This document shows positions 61,263 through 64,000 of a DNA stretch of 64,000 nt, in pieces. The stretch is from Haliotis cracherodii. Its lineage: Eukaryota. Numbering within the stretch: position 1 is the stretch's first letter; every line of letters begins with the position of its first letter. Location of the stretch: assembly GCF_022045235.1 (NCBI RefSeq), contig NW_027266319.1, forward strand, positions 35,774,001-35,838,000, read 5' to 3'. A program made the position numbers and the translations under genes. The notes beneath the pieces are model-generated. The model saw only the letters and a program-made list of their open reading frames with translations, searched no databases and was not told the origin of the DNA.

Positions 61263-63118
61263 TTAGAAAAAGTCCCTGGTCCCACGTGAGAGACTGGAGC
61301 TGTACTCAGCCAGGAGAGCTTCCAGATCCTCAAGAGTGTCCTGGGGCTCGTCCAGTCTCGCCTGCTTTACAGCTTGGGGCACCTCGCTGTTGTCATCTGG
61401 GCACTTTCTCTTGCGTGAGGGCAGGGACTCCTTGCTGGCCTCAGATGTGGATTTCTTCTTTTTCCTTAAAATGAGTTTGGTAAGATACAGATATTCCACA
61501 TCATATTCATCATCAGAGTTTGGCTCACATCTGTCCACCGACTTGGCAGAATGTACGCTTAATGTTGCAGCAGTGACACCACCTGACTTAGGACTCTCTG
61601 GTGCTGAAACAACCTTATCCTTTACATTCTTAACAGGGACAGGGGATGTCTTGAAACCTGTACTGGGCAAGACAGACTTTGGCTTTAAGTAAGCACCATC
61701 AGCTGACAACAACTGTTCAGCAAAACTAATCTTAGCCTTAATGATACTATTTCTACCCGCAGACTTGGTGATACGGTTCCCCAGGGGTCTGCTCTGGGTT
61801 TTGATGTGCTGAGCTCCAAGAGGCTGAGGCACAAAGTAGGGCTTGCTCTCTGGTTGATGCTTGATCACTTTCTCCTTCAGAATGCGAGGCTTTGGCTGAG
61901 GTTTTGGCCTGAACGTGCGGGGCTTGCATTTGCAGGGCTTGAGCTCGAGTTTCTGCTTTTGATGGACATTGGGTTTTGGGTAGCTTGTTGAAGGCATGGG
62001 AGGAGTTTCAACATGGGCCATTGACTGGGGATGAGGAACTGGACTGGGTGGGTCAAGTTGGGGCAGAACACAGGAGAGGGCCTAATGGGCGATACAGTCA
62101 ATGTATCATTTTTATATTTCATGATTATGTAAGTACAATGGAAGTATATTTTTACTATAAAAGTAGGTATAATTATCTTTTGGGTTACGTTTTATACATC
62201 ATCAAAAAAACCAAGAATACTCCTGAATACCTCTGGTCTCATCAGCTCCAGGTCTAGCACTGAGCTGGGCAGGCTGACAGGCAGCTGGCAGACAGGCATC
62301 ATCTCCCTACTTCTACTGCAAGGTGGTAGCTGGACTGCAGAAGGCAGGGGGGTACCAGTCACAGATGACTGACCTCCAGGCTGAAGGAGTCTTGGCTGTA
62401 GGTAACCAACATCCAGGGAGAGGTTAACAGGGTTACCAGCTGGTATCCAAATAGTGTTGTTATCTATCAGACATCTGGTCCCATCTCCCATCACCACTGC
62501 TGGCAACCCGGGAGGCAAGTGGGTCACAGGCACTGTAACAGTGAATAGTTTCAGCGTTAGAAATTGGCACTGGTCCTGTAGTCCCTACCAAACTGCCGAA
62601 TAGTAAAGGACTAGTAGAAATTGGCCCATTTTAAGGGTTTTGCTATATGTTATCATTATTAGGACTAGTGGACAAAAACTGTTAGTTTCTAACCCTGAGT
62701 TTACTAACTGCCTACAAATTATTTCGTCATTTCGATAAGAATGATAACAAATATCTAACTGTTCATTAGATTTAAAGCTTTTGAAAAGAAGTTCAGCGTG
62801 TCTGCAGGAAGTCAACGAAGTCGAAAATGTGTATCATGTTCACTTTCATGTACAACTAAACTTTCCTAAAATATTCAGGTTACTAATCACCATCTAAAGT
62901 TATAGTGAAACACACTGGAAATTCCAATTCCGAAAATGTAAATTGGTTATTGTGCAATTCTATAATAGAAGACGTTCATACAGACAATGAAAATTGAATA
63001 TGCGGTCCGGAAACATCAGCGTTTCATTCTTTGCATTGTAAACACATTAAAACAATCACATGTTGCTTTGTCACTGGGCAAAATACAAATTTCAAATACC
63101 TGTCGTAGTGGGATTCAT
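61263..63118 (-). CDS. Uncharacterised putative nuclear protein, copy 6, 379 aa; exons 63118-63100, 62532-62231, 62081-61263
   Basis: Open frame, 6-nt deletion (SP lost), MITE in intron 1, exon-2 donor GAG|gtattc. Confidence 0.85.
62552..62697. mobile_element. 146-bp non-autonomous DNA transposon (MITE) with ~13-bp TIRs and a 5-bp TSD
   Basis: Starts CAGCGTTAGAAAT and ends GTTTCTAACCCTG (reverse complement CAGGGTTAGAAAC, 11/13 match). It is flanked by AGTTT on both sides. The other five units show the empty site (atagtttcctaaactg in copies 2-5, atagtttcttaaactg in copy 1). Confidence 0.88.
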
Positions 63119-63180
63119 AGTTCTCTCCACCTCTTCAAGTCGTACACACTTTTAGAGTCGTATTTTGCACGATAAAACTG

Positions 63181-63370
63181 TGAACACTTCCAGTGATATC
63201 TCTCAAAATGGCTGACACAGAGGAAGGGCTAACTGTTGTCATGACGCCGCTACTCTAGGCAAAACCACGCATGCGTCGACTTTATGCATAACTCGGCACT
63301 TCCATCTGCCTTACATTGTAAATATAGACAGATCTACACCAACACTTGGTAGCCATCTATATAAGGTTGA
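63181..63370. promoter_or_regulatory. Putative bidirectional promoter, copy 6, with plus-strand TATA-like TATATAAG (63358-63365)
   Basis: YY1-like motif and the GTCATGAC, ACGCATGCGT (63267) and TTATGCATAA palindromes lie between the minus-strand ATG (63118) and the plus-strand gene. Confidence 0.55.
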
Positions 63371-63711
63371 AGATGGAGAAGAAACGTTGTTAAATGCGAA
63401 GGTCATTCCAAGGGAAGCTACTCTTAAAGTTTGATACTTAAAAGGAGTTACCTTGCTTGAATGAGGATTTTATTCAAGCTTCAATCAATCATTAAAGTAT
63501 ACTTCATGTTTGCAATGAGAGTGAGTAAGTGGGTTACTTGTGGGCCACCTGTGCCCCCTTTGCAATGTTAAATGAAATACACCGACACTACATCTGTTAA
63601 GGTTTAGGCTGTTCATTACCTTTGTACATGTATATAGTAATTGATAAACAGATTACGTCAACGTATTACTTTCTCTCAGCTTGAGGGAATGTTCAAGATT
63701 GAAGTGTCACA

Positions 63712-63936
63712 ATGGCTACTACAGGAATCAAGCGGGAGTCATCTGAAAATCCTTATCTTATGCAAAATAATTCAATAGAAGGGAAGCCAATGAAGTCACT
63801 GCAACATAATTCATTAACCCCTTCCCTTGGCAACAATGGTTATTATAAGAATAATTATAGCGCCAAAGCACAGTTGCTCAACAGGAATATTCAAAGTAAG
63901 AAAGATAGTGATGTAGAGCGAAATCCTTGCCATAAA
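63712..63936 (+). CDS. First coding exon of an unidentified divergent plus-strand gene (MATTGIKRESSENPYLMQNN...), probably continuing beyond the window
   Basis: Upstream donor gtgagt/gtaagt (63521-63530), acceptor ctttctctcag| (63679) and strong Kozak cacaATGG. The frame is open to AAA|gtaaga donors at 63895 or 63936. The paralogous fragments in other units carry stops. Confidence 0.55.
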
Positions 63937-64000
63937 GTAAGAAATGTGTAGCTGGAAATCAAACTGGTTGTATATGTATATATTTCATTCAAAGAGGACA

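Larger units (their letters stand above)
18900..63950. repeat. Gene-containing tandem array (macrosatellite-like), six head-to-tail units of 7.0-8.3 kb
   Basis: Homologous stop codons lie at 23331, 31101, 38129, 46457, 54130 and 61263 (spacings 7770, 7028, 8328, 7673, 7133). Modules occur in the same order in every unit. Confidence 0.97.

Noticed and set aside
18900-63950. Array unit as an autonomous transposon or endogenous virus
   Set aside because: No transposase, reverse transcriptase, integrase, Rep/helicase or capsid ORF is visible, and no LTRs or TIRs bound the unit. The unit includes part of a neighbouring host gene.

Overview
Eukaryotic (animal) genomic DNA with two domains. The tRNA-derived SINE with an (ACTC)n tail resembles ones I recall from abalone/gastropod genomes; this is unverified. 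Domain 1 (1-18.8 kb) is low-complexity DNA. An A/C-rich tract (1-2.2 kb) is followed by a ~16.6-kb polypurine satellite built on a 21-bp unit, and about 7.2 kb of it (1849-9013) is tandemly duplicated (9014-~16375). Its long Pro/Ser/Leu and Glu/Gly/Arg ORFs are repeat artefacts. Domain 2 (~18.9-64 kb) is a head-to-tail array of six 7.0-8.3-kb units. Each unit carries a spliced minus-strand gene with three coding exons and canonical GT-AG, phase-compatible introns. It encodes a 379-381-aa Pro/Lys/Ser-rich protein that I do not recognise, with NLS-like basic clusters, a PVNLS (CtBP-type) motif and an acidic LxxLL C-terminal helix. All six copies have intact frames. Units also contain a SINE, VNTRs and a palindrome-rich putative bidirectional promoter. 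The 5' end of a divergent plus-strand gene is intact only in the last unit (63712 onward), pseudogenised in units 1-4 and deleted in unit 5. A 146-bp MITE with a 5-bp TSD is inserted in copy 6 only.
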